A stretch of 64,000 nucleotides of DNA from Nitrospirota bacterium (lineage in GTDB: Bacteria > Nitrospirota > Nitrospiria > 2-01-FULL-66-17), in assembly GCA_049325335.1 (NCBI GenBank), contig JBMOMC010000039.1:1-64000 (forward strand), read 5' to 3'. Each line of letters opens with the position of its first letter. Position 1 is the first letter of the stretch. Of the stretch, positions 63,225 to 64,000 are shown one piece after another. Below the pieces are notes generated by a model that was not told where the DNA came from, did not search any database, and saw only the letters and a program-made list of their open reading frames with translations. A program made the translations under genes and the position numbers.

Positions 63225-63529
63225 CGGGGATCTCCTGGGTTGGTCGTTCGTGGTGTCTTCGGCGACTGAACGCCGTCCTGTTCCCCCGGCCGGTCAAGGT
63301 AGCCATCGATCTCTTCGAGCAAGTCGCACGCCGCGGTATACCAAACGCGCAACGTGCCGATGAGATCGGCCAATTCCAGACTGGGTAAACTCAAGTTCCC
63401 GAAGGCCTCGTCCGCATGATCCGCAGCGGCCCGCCCGCGCTCGATGGCCTCGGCGACCCGCTCGATCGCTTGGATCAGGGCGCGTCGTGCATCCGCGCGT
63501 GGGGTGATTTCTGGTTCGTCGTCTGTCAT
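63221..63529 (-). CDS. Hypothetical acidic helical protein
   Basis: GGAGG RBS before ATG 63529; first gene of a four-gene coupled cassette. Confidence 0.6.
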   Translation of the reverse strand: MTDDEPEITPRADARRALIQAIERVAEAIERGRAAADHADEAFGNLSLPSLELADLIGTLRVWYTAACDLLEEIDGYLDRPGEQDGVQSPKTPRTTNPGDPR

Positions 63530-63739
63530 GGCTCGTCCTCCGTTTTTGTTGTTCCCAATCCCAGCGTGAACCCGTCTCCACCGATGCCGAGCCCGTGCGG
63601 GAGCGGGCACCCGTCACAGACCTGTCGCTTCAAAACAAACCCACCTTTTCCCCCCCAACCCCCTTTTCACCGATCCGAGAAAGGGGGAGCAGGGGGGACC
63701 CCCGTCGCCGGCGCGGCCTCCAATCGACCCCACCTTGCA

Positions 63740-64000
63740 AGGGAGGCGCACGCGCCGGCCCGGACGGAGCGCCGCGACGGCGAGGCCCTTGCGGGGTGGG
63801 GCTCCCCCTCGCGCCGGCCTCTATATGGCCTGGGCCGTTGGGGTCGGAGGAGGCGCGTCTTCGACACGATCTTGGCGGAGCGGAGGACGGAGCGGGTGTG
63901 TCGCGGAGCCCGAGCCGCGCCGAGATGGTGTCGGCGGTGGGGAGCCCCTGGGGGCGGACGGGATGGACGCTGGCGGGGGAAGCGCCGGGCGCTGGACACG
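63740..64000. repeat. Dispersed structured repeat, copy C
   Basis: Matches window positions 1-208; its 3' part matches ~62131-62193. Confidence 0.92.

Larger units (their letters stand above)
1..64000. mobile_element. Conjugative plasmid (or plasmid-like element) spanning the window
   Basis: repA, iterons, DnaA box, parABS, toxin-antitoxin, recombinase, T4SS and T4CP; no core chromosomal housekeeping genes. Confidence 0.8.

Noticed and set aside
63740..64000. Simple circular-contig terminal overlap with position 1
   Set aside because: The copies differ by substitutions and diverge after ~208 bp, and a third partial copy exists, so a dispersed repeat is more likely
1..64000. tRNA/rRNA genes, IS transposases, reverse transcriptases
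   Set aside because: None recognised by eye; tRNAscan and ISEScan were not run

Overview
This window looks like most of a large, GC-rich conjugative plasmid. A plasmid-like integrated element is also possible. It has its own replicon: a RepA-family initiator, nine 17-bp iterons, a perfect DnaA box, parA-parB and four perfect 18-bp parS-like palindromes. Stability genes are higBA, an XerC/D-like recombinase and an orphan scpB. The transfer region is a divergent VirB/VirD4-type operon. No HUH relaxase was recognised; instead there are two Replic_Relax/MOB-C-like proteins and a strongly structured oriT/ssi-like region. The main cargo is an ~18-kb riboswitch-controlled cobalamin operon (anaerobic cbi route plus bluB and nucleotide-loop genes; no recognisable cbiJ, cysG or cobC). 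Defence cargo includes an AbiGi-like ART-fold protein, a Lamassu/ABC-three-component system, an HNH protein, a two-gene Rad50/SMC-like ATPase module, a JAB-motif protein and an Eco57I-like type IIG R-M system. The most unusual signals are: a bacterial protein that aligns motif-by-motif with plant Whirly ssDNA-binding proteins; a ~200-bp structured repeat family at both ends of the window; the orphan scpB-wHTH pair beside parABS; and a small antisense membrane-peptide cassette inside the tra operon. All calls come from reading motifs by eye. No database searches were run.
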